Part shown: piece by piece, positions 1-10,781 of the stretch | How positions within the stretch are numbered: position 1 is the stretch's first letter | How the letters are laid out: every line of letters starts with the position of its first letter | NCBI RefSeq assembly: GCF_001194135.2 | Contig: NC_068982.1 | Coordinates: 40,876,900-40,925,281, forward strand | DNA length: 48,382 nucleotides | From: Octopus bimaculoides | Lineage: Eukaryota | Direction of reading: 5' to 3' | Notes under the pieces: generated by a model | Databases searched by the model: none | The model's input: only the letters and a program-made list of their open reading frames with translations | Told to the model about the DNA's origin: nothing | Position numbers and translations under genes: made by a program

Positions 1-80
1 AGTAGTAAACGCAGCATTCCTGGTCTCTACGTCTTGTGTTCGTTCATGCGGAACGACTTGTTGGTCAGTCTCCTTGCCTG
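1..80 (-). CDS. Putative exon of an unidentified minus-strand gene (TGKETDQQVVPHERTQDVETRNAAFTT...), open to the window edge
   Basis: Acceptor ttgcctctaacag (NAGNAG). Only the phase-1 frame stays open, matching the phase of the putative upstream exon. No homology recognised. Confidence 0.25.
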
Positions 81-376
81 CTGTTAGAGGCAAATCGACC
101 ACGTGTGAAGGCCTAGCCATATTTCTTTTACGAAATATGGCAAATAAGCCGGAGAAAAATCAAAAACTTTTGGAAATAAACTCCAGAAGGAGCCACTTCC
201 TATTACAAAAACCCAATAGGGTCGAAGTGTATAGACTTATACACCTCTTCCACAAAAAATATTTTAAAACTGCAAAAGTTTTGACATATAAAAGGCCAAC
301 TTACTTGCGAGCCGATGTGACTAGCATCCGTCCAGATCAGATAGATAGATAGATAGATAAGTGTATACATACATAC

Positions 377-499
377 TGACAGCGGCAGTAAATGGCTGAA
401 AGTGGCAGTCGTGATATCCCTGTTCCATCGACTGTTTCGGCTGACCCCTCTGGCCAATAACTGATGAAGAACTGGTGACCTTCTCTGCTTTCTGTCCGC
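377..499 (-). CDS. Putative 123-nt exon of an unidentified minus-strand gene (GGQKAEKVTSSSSVIGQRGQPKQSMEQGYHDCHFQPFTAAV)
   Basis: Acceptor atacacag, donor A|gtatgt, length divisible by 3, non-repetitive sequence. All three frames are open, so the frame is inferred. No homology recognised. Confidence 0.25.
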
Positions 500-523
500 C
501 TGTGTATATTTAGTTACATCCCT

Positions 524-734
524 GACACACAACGCTTCGGCTGATATACCCTCCAGCTTTCATCAGATGTCTTGGGGAAATTGAGTTCTCATTCCTAAGG
601 TATATTTCGATGTTGTTGTTATTATTATTATTATTATTAAGGTCACTGCCTGGAATTGAACTCGGAATCTTGGGGGTTAGTAACCCGCGCTCTTAGCTAC
701 TACGCCATATGCCCGTGGGCATATGGCCGTGACC

Positions 735-777
<43 letters not shown>

Positions 778-965
778 CAACAACAACAACATCGAAATAT
801 ACCTTAGGAATGAGAACCCAGGTTCGAAATTTCCCCAAGACATCTGATGAAGGCTGGAGGGTATGTCAGCCGAAACGTTGTGTCAACAACAAACAAGATT
901 AGGACAAATATTCGTCAAATGTAAATAATGTACATAATTCCTCATCTCTTAAGTATAGAACTGTA
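524..965. mobile_element. Head-to-head inverted tRNA-headed, hammerhead-tailed retroelement (SINE/Penelope-like, non-autonomous)
   Basis: Inverted arms 524-646 and 729-884. Minus-strand tRNA-like head with A-box-like TGGCGTAGTAGCT (695-707) and B box GAGTTCAATTCC (652-663). Perfect fold-back gccatatgccc-gt-gggcatatggc at 704-727. Each arm has an (AAT/AAC)n linker. Confidence 0.7.
839..884 (+). ncRNA. Minimal type I hammerhead ribozyme motif (Penelope-like element type)
   Basis: GACAU-CUGAUGA-A-GGCUG(gaggguaugu)CAGCC-GAAA-CG-UU-GUGUC. Stem I 839-843 pairs with 880-884, stem II 852-856 with 867-871, stem III is the palindrome AACGUU, cleavage triplet GUU. Confidence 0.75.
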
Positions 966-1074
966 TTATAGTCATTACAGCCCAAACAGCTCTGACTGGC
1001 TGAATGCCATTGCAGGAATGATCCATATAAAATTACTTCCCTATGATGCCCAGGTTTAATTATTAAATATTTAG

Positions 1075-1480
1075 GTGAAGCAACGAGCTGGCAGAATCAT
1101 TAACACATCAGGCAAAATGCTTCGCGGCATTTCTGAGTTCAAATTCCGCTGAAGTCAGCTTTGCCTTTCATCCTTTCAGGATCAATGAAATAAGTACCAG
1201 TTGAACACTGGGGTTGATGTAATCGACTTATCGGGGCGGTGAGCTGGCATAGCGGTATTTCGTCTGTCTTTGTGTTCTGAGTTCAATTCCGCCGAGGTCG
1301 ACTTTGCCTTTTATCCTTTCGGGGTCGATAAATTGAGTATCAGTTGCATACTGGAGTCGATCTAATTGACTGGCCCCCTTCCCAAAATTTTCGGGCCTTG
1401 TGCCTAGAGTAGAAAAAAATATAATCGACTTATTTTTTCCCCACAAAATTGCTGGCCTTGTGGCAAAATTTCAAATTGAT
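1075..1480 (+). mobile_element. Nested pair of tRNA-derived SINEs with a Meta-like central domain
   Basis: Core gagttcaaattccgccgaggtcgactttgcctttcatcctttcggggtcgataaa..agtaccag. The inner copy 1232-1421 is flanked by the 12-bp TSD taatcgacttat (1220-1231, 1422-1433). The Meta-domain label is from memory. Confidence 0.8.
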
Positions 1481-2754
1481 ATTAAATATTTGCATGAAGG
1501 CACATTGCCTGGTGGGTAGAGTGTTCCATTAACTATCATAGGTTTGTGAGTAATTATCATACGATTGATACATTGTATCCTTGAACAAAGCACCTCATGT
1601 CATGTTGCTCCAGTCTGCTCAGCTGTGAATGAGTAACAACCAGCTGCCGGTACAACCCCCTCAGATCCAAGGTGCTCCCCGGATATGAATGGACGAAAAG
1701 AGGTCTATATCTACCCACAAATACTTGGACACTTAAAATAACTTACAGAAGTATGTTATACTTTAGCAAGCATACTTGTCCACAGGTGACTGTAGACTGT
1801 GCCATTCGTCATCGTTCAAATGTTCACTTTCCCATGCTCATTTGGGTCACACGGAGTTAACTGGAGATTTTCAATGGCCGGATGCCCTTACCTGTTTCCA
1901 AACAAGGTAATATTTTCCTATGGCCAGACATGTTTCTACAGAATATTGGAAACGGACGACATTCATTTACAACAATCACGCAACATCAAGACAAGGACAC
2001 ACACACACACAAATGTATTTGTGTGAATATACACACATGCACACAATGGGTTTCTTTCAGTTTCCTTCTACCAAATCCACTCACATGGCTTTTATTTTTT
2101 ACTTGTTTCAGTCATTCGATTGTGGCCATGCTGGGGTACTGTCTTGAAGTGATTTATTCGAACAAATCGATCCCAGTATATGTTTTTTTTTTAATCAGAA
2201 GCGTATTTTATCGGTGTCTTTTGCTGATTCACTAAGTTATGACAATGTAAACTAATCAACTTCGGTTGTTAAACGATGGTGGACAGAGAGACGCGCGCGC
2301 GCACACATACATATGTATAGATGATGATGATGATGATGATGAAAATCATCACTGACCATTTTCCATGCAAAATATCAGCAATACCCTTGAATAAGGGAAT
2401 TGCATCCACGATCGGTTTCACCTGAGTTCGCGCCCGCAGCTTCCATACTCACCGTAGCGCCCTTCTATTCGACCGGACATCGGAAAGTCACCTCATCGGT
2501 GATTGTGCACCCTAAAATATCATGTCCAACAAGGCTTGCACAACACCTCATAATCTCTCTCCATCCTTTGGCATGATCCAGAGATAATCCAGGGCAAAAT
2601 ATCCAGTACCAATATGAGTTGCAGGGTCAGGAATCGGAGAATGTCATGATCTCAAGCGCAATCAAAAGATTCTCAAAACTTTCAATTCCATTCTCTGCAT
2701 TTTCTGCTTTTATATCAGAGTGACCTTCTCCTAGAGACATGCTTTAACATACAC

Positions 2755-2910
2755 GTCGGGCCTCCACAGTTTCCATCGACCAAACTCACTCACAAGGCAT
2801 TAGTCAGGCAGGGGATATAGTAGAAGACACTTACAGAAGGTGCTGCGCAGTGGGACTGTACTCGAAACTACGTGGTTGCAAAGCGAACTTCTTAACCACA
2901 TAGCCATGGT
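2755..2910 (-). mobile_element. tRNA-derived SINE head, family A (CORE-like ...ccttgggcaagtgtcttctactatagcc)
   Basis: Same motif as the copies at 7410-7690 and 20150-20580. A body fragment of the family lies at about 2045-2275. Confidence 0.7.
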
Positions 2911-4204
2911 TGTACCTTGAAAGTAAATGGAAGGGAAAGTCTTGCTCTTTTTTTTTTTTTTATAAGATTATTTTTGTAAACTTAAAAATCGTCCAACTCA
3001 TGCTAGCATGAATAAGCGGACATGAAATGGACAAACTAATAAAAATAAGAAATAATTGTGTGAAAGATTTTTTTATTTTTTATCTGAATCAGAGTGTTTT
3101 GTAGTAAATGGTTTGGTAAACAAGTTGGTGGAAAATCCGGAAGCTCATCATTAATCTGTGTCACGTCTGCAATCAACGATAACATGCAACCAAACTATGC
3201 CACTTTAGGATGAGGAAATGGGAAGAAAACCGTTCTTTGTTTGTTACAGTTCAGGAAACAGATTTAGTGTGATGTTAATTCACGACTGCAAAGAGGAGAA
3301 CGGAGGAGGGGAGGTAGGGCTAGCTATAAAAATCCTTCTCCTTTTTCAAGGATAAAAAAACAGTTTTTGACAGTAATCATAAGCAATTTTTTTCTTTATT
3401 TAGTCAAATACTAACAATTCAGCTTACTACTATTGGTTGTTTAATCATGCCATAACAGTATCATTCCGGATAAAAGATCTGTATAAGTCGTTAACTCTAG
3501 ACTGTGAACGTATGCACGAGCGCGTGTTGAAAACATATTTTTATTCTAGCTTCTATCTTTCTAATCAAGGATTTCTTCCTATTTTTCCTATGAATTCCTT
3601 GTAATTTGTTTGAAGCAGTAAAGTGCCTAAATCAATCGTCAACGTTTCTAGCTTTTCTTGATCTCATTTTCTAGATGAAGTGAAATTGACGCGTATTGTT
3701 ATCTCTTTATAGTAAGGTACAGCCAATGTAATTGGTGTGGATATTTCTACCAGAATTTTAATTTTTAATCATTAGCTTAATATATATATATCATCATTCG
3801 GGCGTTTATTTGTGTCTGAGATTAGTGTATGTAATTAATGTACCTCCATCTTTTGCTTATATAACTTGCCTTGTAAACAAGTTACATAAGCAATAAGACA
3901 GGTTAGTTATATAAACAAAAATATGGAGTATCCATTGGCTTCCTCTTAGTGTCCTCGTTTCGCAGTATTCTACGTGGTATCAATAGAAAAAGTGGTCTAA
4001 AGACATGGTCATACGATATACATCACGTGGCCAACATACGCGTCGTAATAGATGCAAAAGAAGACTTTAAAAAAACTTTAGGAAGACTTCGAAAACAACT
4101 TTGTACCAGAGCTATACATATAAAACTCTTTGCAACACAATGACTCGGTCTTTAGACATAAAGGTAGAAAATAGCTGATACACCACGTCTGTCTACATCA
4201 AAAA

Positions 4205-4490
4205 CTGGCACTCCGTCCGTTACGACCACGAGTGTTCCAGTTGATCGGATGAAAGGAAAAGCTACTCGTGAAATTAACGTGCGTACCCTTAATGTAGTTC
4301 TCAGAGAGATTCGGCATGACACAGAATGTGATAAGGCTGGCCCTTTGAATTACAGGTACAACTCATTTTTGCCACTTGAGCGGACTGGAGCATCGGGAAA
4401 TAAAGTGTCTTGTTTAAAGATACAACGCGCCGCAGGAATCGAACTCACAATCTCACGATCGTAAGTCTAATACTCCTAGCCATGAAGCCA
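4205..4490 (-). mobile_element. tRNA-derived SINE, family D (ttgctccagtccactcagctgg..aaatgagt..tacctgtatttcaaagggccagcc body)
   Basis: Homologous to 20611-20935 and 16665-16973, with an internal deletion. Confidence 0.75.
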
Positions 4491-4806
4491 CCTGCCTTCA
4501 CTGTCCACACCAAAGACGCAAATAAATGTCTTATTTACATCAAAACAATGAATGTCCGCACAAATACAAACTGTCTGTGCAAAAGAAATCTAAATTTAGA
4601 GTCTTTCGGTTCTCGTCCACAAACGAAGCACTAAATAAAGAAAACTACAGAATAAAACAAACAGTAGTCAACAACAGGGAAATCACANNNNNNNNNNNNN
4701 NNNNNNNNNNNNNNNNNNNNNNNNNNNNNNNNNNNNNNNNNNNNNNNNNNNNNNNNNNNNNNNNNNNNNNNNNNNNNNNNNNNNNNNNNNNNNNNNNNNN
4801 NNNNNN

Positions 4807-4854
<48 letters not shown>

Positions 4855-5514
4855 TTTGAATTTAGTTCACGGATCTCCAGTACTACGTTTGCGGACCACA
4901 GGTTAGGGGACCACAGTAATAGACTAAGCCGTAGAACAATACAAGCACAAATACAACACTTAAAGTTCATTACATGAATTAAATGCATACTAACTATAGA
5001 ATAGATGAGTACATTATCAAAAATATATAAAATGCATTACACCAAACTATAAACTAACACTAAGAATATACTACGAAAACACTAACATTAAATCGCTTCT
5101 TATGAATAACACACCATAGGCCAGCAAGTCCATGAACGAACTACTAATGTTTAACATGATTAAAAATTTGATTGCAATCGTAAAAGTTGTAATTTTCATG
5201 ACTCCAATTGTTATATTGGCTGTAAAAGTATGACACTCCCACCAGTTGACCATGCATTAAGTTCACCAAGGAGAAATTGCAATGCATTACATAATACAAT
5301 GCAATAAAACTTTAGTACAGAGAGATAACAGGATAACACCGTTTGTAGGAGAAGCTGGGAAGGTGAAAGGGGAGAGTGAAGTATAGTATCAGAACAAACA
5401 GGGGACACTAAGCTAAGAGAAGTTACAGTTCATGTAATCTATTAAAATCTAACCCTTTCACACTGCCTCGGCTTTTTATTTTTCGTTTTCATTTTTCAAT
5501 CGTTACTTTCTTTT

Positions 5515-5834
5515 TTTATTTATTTATGCGCCCTTTCAAAGCCTAGCCAGGCTCACGGGCCCGGTTTCCCGGTTTCTATGGCGTATGTGTTCCCCCGAGT
5601 TGGACGGGACGCCAGTCCATCATCGCAGCGTTACTCAAGAAACAGGAAGAAAGAGTGAGAGAATGTTGGGGCGAAAGAGTACAACAGGGGTCGCCACTAC
5701 CACCACCCCTGCCGGAGCCTCGTGGAACTTAGATGTTTTCGCTCAATAAACACTCACAACACCCGGTCTGGGAATCGAAACCGTGATCCTCCGACCGCGA
5801 GTCCGCTGCCCTAACCACTGGGCCATTGCGCCTC
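5515..5834 (-). mobile_element. Full-length tRNA-derived SINE, family C (gaggcgcaatggcccagtggttagggcagcggactcgcgg...)
   Basis: A and B boxes visible. Exact 14-bp TSD cgttactttctttt at 5501-5514 and 5835-5848. A-rich tail. Confidence 0.9.
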
Positions 5835-6056
5835 CGTTACTTTCTTTTACTTGTTCATTTCTCGTCCATGTTCACAAATGCTTTGACTTCTACTAACTTC
5901 TCCTAGCTTAGTGTCCCCTGTTTTATTCTGATACAATATTTCACTATCCCCTTTCACTATTCCCACTATCTCCTGCAAACGGTGTTACCCTGTTGTTACT
6001 CTGTGCTAGACTACAACTATGTTGCCTGGGATACACCAGCACATAATACAATAAAA

Positions 6057-6221
6057 CAGTGGTTCCCAGCTTGTGGTTTGTGGACCCCTGCCAGTCCACA
6101 AAGGTAGTACTGGGGATCCGTTAACATGTTAAGCTGACAGACCTTTCAATATCCTGTAGTCCTTGAGAAAACACATTTAAATAAAAGGGACCCTTGGAAA
6201 TGAAAAGGTTGAGCACTATTG
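6057..6221. mobile_element. Small hAT-type MITE
   Basis: 8-bp TSD caataaaa (6049-6056, 6222-6229) and degenerate CAGTGGTT-type TIR. Confidence 0.55.
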
Positions 6222-6309
6222 CAATAAAACATTAATTAGTAACACGTCTATACTATACAAATCCTCCACAAAAATAAACGATATGGAAGCAATGCTCATT
6301 GTGATATTG

Positions 6310-6490
6310 ATTTCAAATTTTGGCACAAGGCCAACATTTCGGGAAGGAGATAAGTCGATTACTTCGATACCAATACTCATCTGGTACTTATTTTATCGAC
6401 CCCGGCAGCATTTGAACTCAGAATGTAAAGTAGGAAAAAATGTCGCTAAGCATTTTGTACAAAACGGTAACGATTCTACAAGCTCACAAC
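6310..6490 (-). mobile_element. Meta-like SINE fragment
   Basis: tttcaaattttggcacaaggcc...ctggtacttattttatcgacccc...tttgaactcagaatgtaaag, homologous to the 8040-9097 cluster. Confidence 0.7.
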
Positions 6491-6748
6491 CTTTAATGTT
6501 CATAGCAATTGAATTATGAATATTAATGGAAGCAATATTTCTAGCACAGCACAAAACAATGCAGAAACACGTATAATACAAGTAATTACAAAAATAAACA
6601 CCTGCTTCATGGGATATAAATCTGACGGTTAAATGCTCCAATTCCGGTGGTAATTTTCCATTCAACGATATGGAAAATATGGCAAACAGCATACAACATA
6701 GACGAAGTCAATATGTTCAAGAGAAAATCGGTTTCCATGTATACAAAT

Positions 6749-6807
<59 letters not shown>

Positions 6808-7409
6808 TATGTGCATACACACATATATGTATATAATTTTAAATTTGGGTATACACCTTGTAGTATGCCACAGTGATCATCTAACTCGCGTTTCTCGTGT
6901 ATATGTGTAGCAACAGACAATCACCAAAATGTATTCTACTCGAAATAGGCGAAACGGAGATTAAAAAGCGAGGTACCTTTTGAGAAGTCACCTGATGAGA
7001 CACATCTGCACCAATGATGCACCACAACTGTTAGTACAGCATCTCACCCGTGAGACACCGATGCACAATGGGTTGAAACGATCGTAGTGGATAATAAACA
7101 GTTTCGTGAATTCCATTTTCTTTCTCTTTCTTTCTCATATATATTGTGTGTGTATGTGTGTTAGGCAGTGCGTATCCATCATTTTTAAGACACTCTTGAC
7201 AGATTCTTTGAACCGTCTTCGGGCCCATGGGAGGATTTGAGCTAATTACTTAAACCTAATGGAATACATACCAATTATAAAACGTACTCGTTATCTTGGG
7301 CAGTAAGCCTAGTTACAGCTAATTAAATATGATGTTAAGTGGCTTTGCTCAGAAACCTTTTGCCGTTTATCTTTTACGTTTTTTTTTTAAGCCTGATATT
7401 TATTCTATC

Positions 7410-7690
7410 GATCTCTTTGCCAAACTGCTGAGTTACGCGGGCGTAAACACACCAACACCAGTTGTCAAGCGGTGGTGGGGTACAAACACAGACCACTAAG
7501 GCACAAACACGAACACATATAAACGACGGGCTTCTTTCAGTTTCCGTTCCATCTACCGAATCTAGTCAAAAGGCTTCGGGCTGCCAGAGGCTATAATAGA
7601 AGACATTTGCCCAAGGTGCCACATATTAGGACTGAACCCGGATCCATGTTGTTGGGGAGGGGGGGGGCAAACTTCTTACTACACAGCCAA
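7410..7690 (-). mobile_element. Family A SINE
   Basis: ggcttctttcagtttccg...agaagacatttgcccaaggtgccac...ggactgaacccgg...cttactacacagcc. Confidence 0.75.
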
Positions 7691-8039
7691 TATTTTTTAT
7701 CAACCTCAAAAGAATTGACCAACGTGTCCTATGTTTTCTTAGAATGTGATTTAAGGGAGGTGGGGTTAGTTACTACTTTTTGAAGGTCTGTCGATCATGT
7801 AGAAGCTTCCTTTGTTGGATTTTTCAATTGCTGAGCATGTGGGTTGCTACATGTGGATTGCTACATGACAATCAAGTTACCCATATACTATGGATCTATT
7901 CGTGTTGAGTTGACCACGATTATTTAAAAACTCTAACAGTAACAACAAAATGAACTGAGGCAAAGTTAGTTATGATGATAAAAAAAAATTCCCATTCCCG
8001 CTCCAAATAAAAAAAATATGCAAAAATACTCATTAATAA

Positions 8040-9097
8040 TTACTTCTAATTTAGTTACAAGGCCAGTAATTTTCGTGGGAGAGATTGATCAATTACATCA
8101 ACTCAATACATGACTGGTGTTTTATTTTATTTTATCGTCTCCGAAAGGATGAAAAGCAGCGTTGACGTCGATAGGATCAACTCAGAATGTAAAGAATCAA
8201 ATGAAATCTTGATTCTTTACTCCTCGGGCGCTTTAACGACTACCAATCCACTACTTTAGGAATATTTATTAATAATGGTTTTGAATTTTGGGACAAAACC
8301 ATTAATTTTAGGGGAGGAAGAGTGTCGATTGCATTGATCCCGGTGTTCAACTGGTACTTATTCTATTGACCCCGGAAGAATGAAAGTCAAAGTCAACCTC
8401 GACGGAATTTGAACACAGAACGTAAAGAGCTGGAAGAAATGCTGCTAAGCATTATATTCAACACACTAACGAGTCTGCCAGCTCACTGCCTTAAAGCTCG
8501 TTGGTAATCCCTTCTATTATAGGCACAAGGTCTGAAATTGTGTGAAAGAGGGCCAGTGGATTACATCAACCCCAGTATTAGACTCTGAAAGGATAAAAGG
8601 CAAAGTCGACCTCGGCGGAATTTGAACTCAGAATGTAGACAGAACAAATGCCGCTAAACATTTAGTCCGGCGTTCCAATGATGCTCCTCGCCAGCTTATC
8701 GAGCTCATTACTAAAGATTTCAAATTTGGCACAAGAGCAGCTATTTCGGGGGAGGGGATAGTCGATTACATCGACCCCAGTACTTAACTAATATTCATTT
8801 CATCGACTCCAAAAGGATGAAAGCAAAGTCGACCTCGGCGGAATTTGAACTCAGAACGATTCTTATTTCTTTATTGCCCACAAGGGGCCAAACATAGAGG
8901 GGACAAACAAGGACAGACAAAGGTATTAAGTCGATTACATTGACCCCCAGTGCGTAACTGGTACTTAATTTATCGACTCCGAAAGGATGAAAGGCAAAGT
9001 CGACCTCGGCGGAATTCGAACTCAGAACGTAACGGCAGACGAAATACCGCTAAGCATTTCGCCCGGTGTGCTAACGTTTCTGCCAGCTTGCCACCTT
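8040..9097 (-). mobile_element. Cluster of five co-oriented Meta-like SINE copies
   Basis: Units at about 8040-8200, 8275-8495, 8510-8700, 8715-8858 and a little-decayed copy at 8860-9097, with three alternative 3' tails. Confidence 0.85.
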
Positions 9098-10089
9098 CTT
9101 ATAGCTCATTAATAATAACATCAGACAGTTAGCCAGTGCTGCTTAACAGTTTTCATTTCTTACATAGTGCCGTCTAGACAATACACATTAGTGAAACATG
9201 GATGAGATTTGATAAATGTTATTCAATACACCAACTTGCAAGGACGCCGTATTCAATTTCCATCGTTTGCTATAGTGTAGTGGCGAAGTGGATGTATCAG
9301 TACCGGTTTACATGATAATGAATTCAAATATGTTGCAGATATTTCGCTGTGTTGTGAATCGCCCTCTGTCAAAAGCAGATAGCAGATCCTCTGGAAATGT
9401 TGCCGGTGATAAGAGCGATGTCCCATCCGAACGATTCATGTCTTAGCACCATGAAATGCTTGAAATCCTGAACAAAACAGCAAAGCATTTGTATTTACTA
9501 CAAAAAAAATCAGCTAAATTAGATAGTTATTAAAACAGTGTAGTCTTAACAAAAAAGAGACAATAATAGAAAATACATGCAATTAGATAAGATGTCCTGA
9601 TTAATTTAGAACCTCATTTATCAGCCAACAAGTAATTATTAACAGCTTCAGCTACTATAAGCCAGCAAATGTAATTTCAGATATTCTAGAATACAAAGTT
9701 ATAGAGAACTTAACAAAACACGGAACCCGCTGTAACCAAATATAACATAATGCATAGCATCGGCACATAGACACGCGCGCTCATCGTTAACACAACATAT
9801 GTGACTCGTTGTATCCAATTTAATAAAACAAAAGAACAGGCCATCTCTCTCTCTCTCTCTCTCTCTCTCATACTCACATTTATGCCTACATACACTGACA
9901 AAACAAGCCAGTACGGAGCTGTTTGGACGGTAACATTCACTGCCTTATAGTAAATACCATAGCAACCAAATATTCTCGAAGATTGGTGTTCTATAAAACT
10001 GAAATCCAATTATAGAAAGGTCGACGGAATATACATAATCATCATCGATATTGTCATCAACAACTACAGTATCAGCCATTTTTTATGTC

Positions 10090-10560
10090 CATATTTCTAC
10101 GCTTGAATCGGTTAGACGGGTTTTCTCTAGTCTTGACAATCGCCGCAGTTCTTTGGCATCGCCTTCGTGAGATTGTGTCTCTCCAGATTAATTTCACTAC
10201 ATTTTCCCATACTTTTTGCGGTCATCCTCTTCCGCAGGATCCTTCCATTGGATTACTTGGTGCTGCTTTACCCAATTGCCATTTTCTCCAGTCCTCATAT
10301 GTCCGTTCCACCGCAGTCTCCTCTCTTTCTTTCACACATTTCATTCCTAATTTTTCTCTCAGATCGTTTCTTCTCCGTCAATCGTACACACTAACAGTAG
10401 ACATCGAGTGGAACGTATTCGATTCTTTTCTTTCCAGTTTCACACATCTGCATTCAATACTCTTTTATACTGCCATGCAACATAGCGTATCATACAATTT
10501 GTCCTTCACTCAAAATGAGAATTCCTTTTTGCATGCAGATTTAATTACCCAAATTCCCAG
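10090..10560 (-). pseudogene. Degenerate RTE-like LINE ORF2 C-terminus and 3' tail
   Basis: Minus-strand fragments KLERKESNTFHSM, ERRLRWNGHMR and MEGSCGRG*PQKVWENVVK, followed by a ccgtctaacc.. tail resembling the family E tail. Stops and frameshifts present. Confidence 0.7.
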
Positions 10561-10781
10561 ACAGGTCACCTTCACTACAACTGTGAAACCAAATATTTCC
10601 ATGGATGGATGGATGGAGGACACAGGTTTATTAGACGATCCTTATACTCTTCGAAACTGTCTCTCTGGAGGTAGGGGTATTTGTCCGAAACAGCTGCTAA
10701 TGATAATGAAGCTCCATTATGCTAAACAAAGAGAATTGTAATCGAGTGAGTGCTTTTCGCTACAAAATTATTGTCTTAGAC

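Noticed and set aside
117-142. 10-bp stem hairpin gccatatttc/gaaatatggc
   Set aside because: Short and isolated; no function can be supported.
646-713. tRNA-like sequence as a real tRNA gene
   Set aside because: It has A and B boxes but I cannot fold a complete cloverleaf, and it is embedded in a repeat. Treated as a SINE head, like the other tRNA-like heads.
3320-3335. TATA-like ctataaaaat after a purine-rich stretch
   Set aside because: Such motifs are expected by chance in AT-rich DNA, and no linked exon was identified.
7884-7916. YYGSIRVEL as the missing GARNL3 HYGSVEL exon
   Set aside because: No donor site at the right position, poor match, and adjacent to a repeat.
8040-9097. Repeat-spacer pattern as a CRISPR-like array
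   Set aside because: Eukaryotic DNA. The units are diverged SINE copies, not short identical repeats with unique spacers.
10085-10741. 218-aa plus-strand ORF, the longest gap-free ORF in the track
   Set aside because: It is mostly the antisense of a degenerate RTE-like LINE fragment and has no recognisable protein features.
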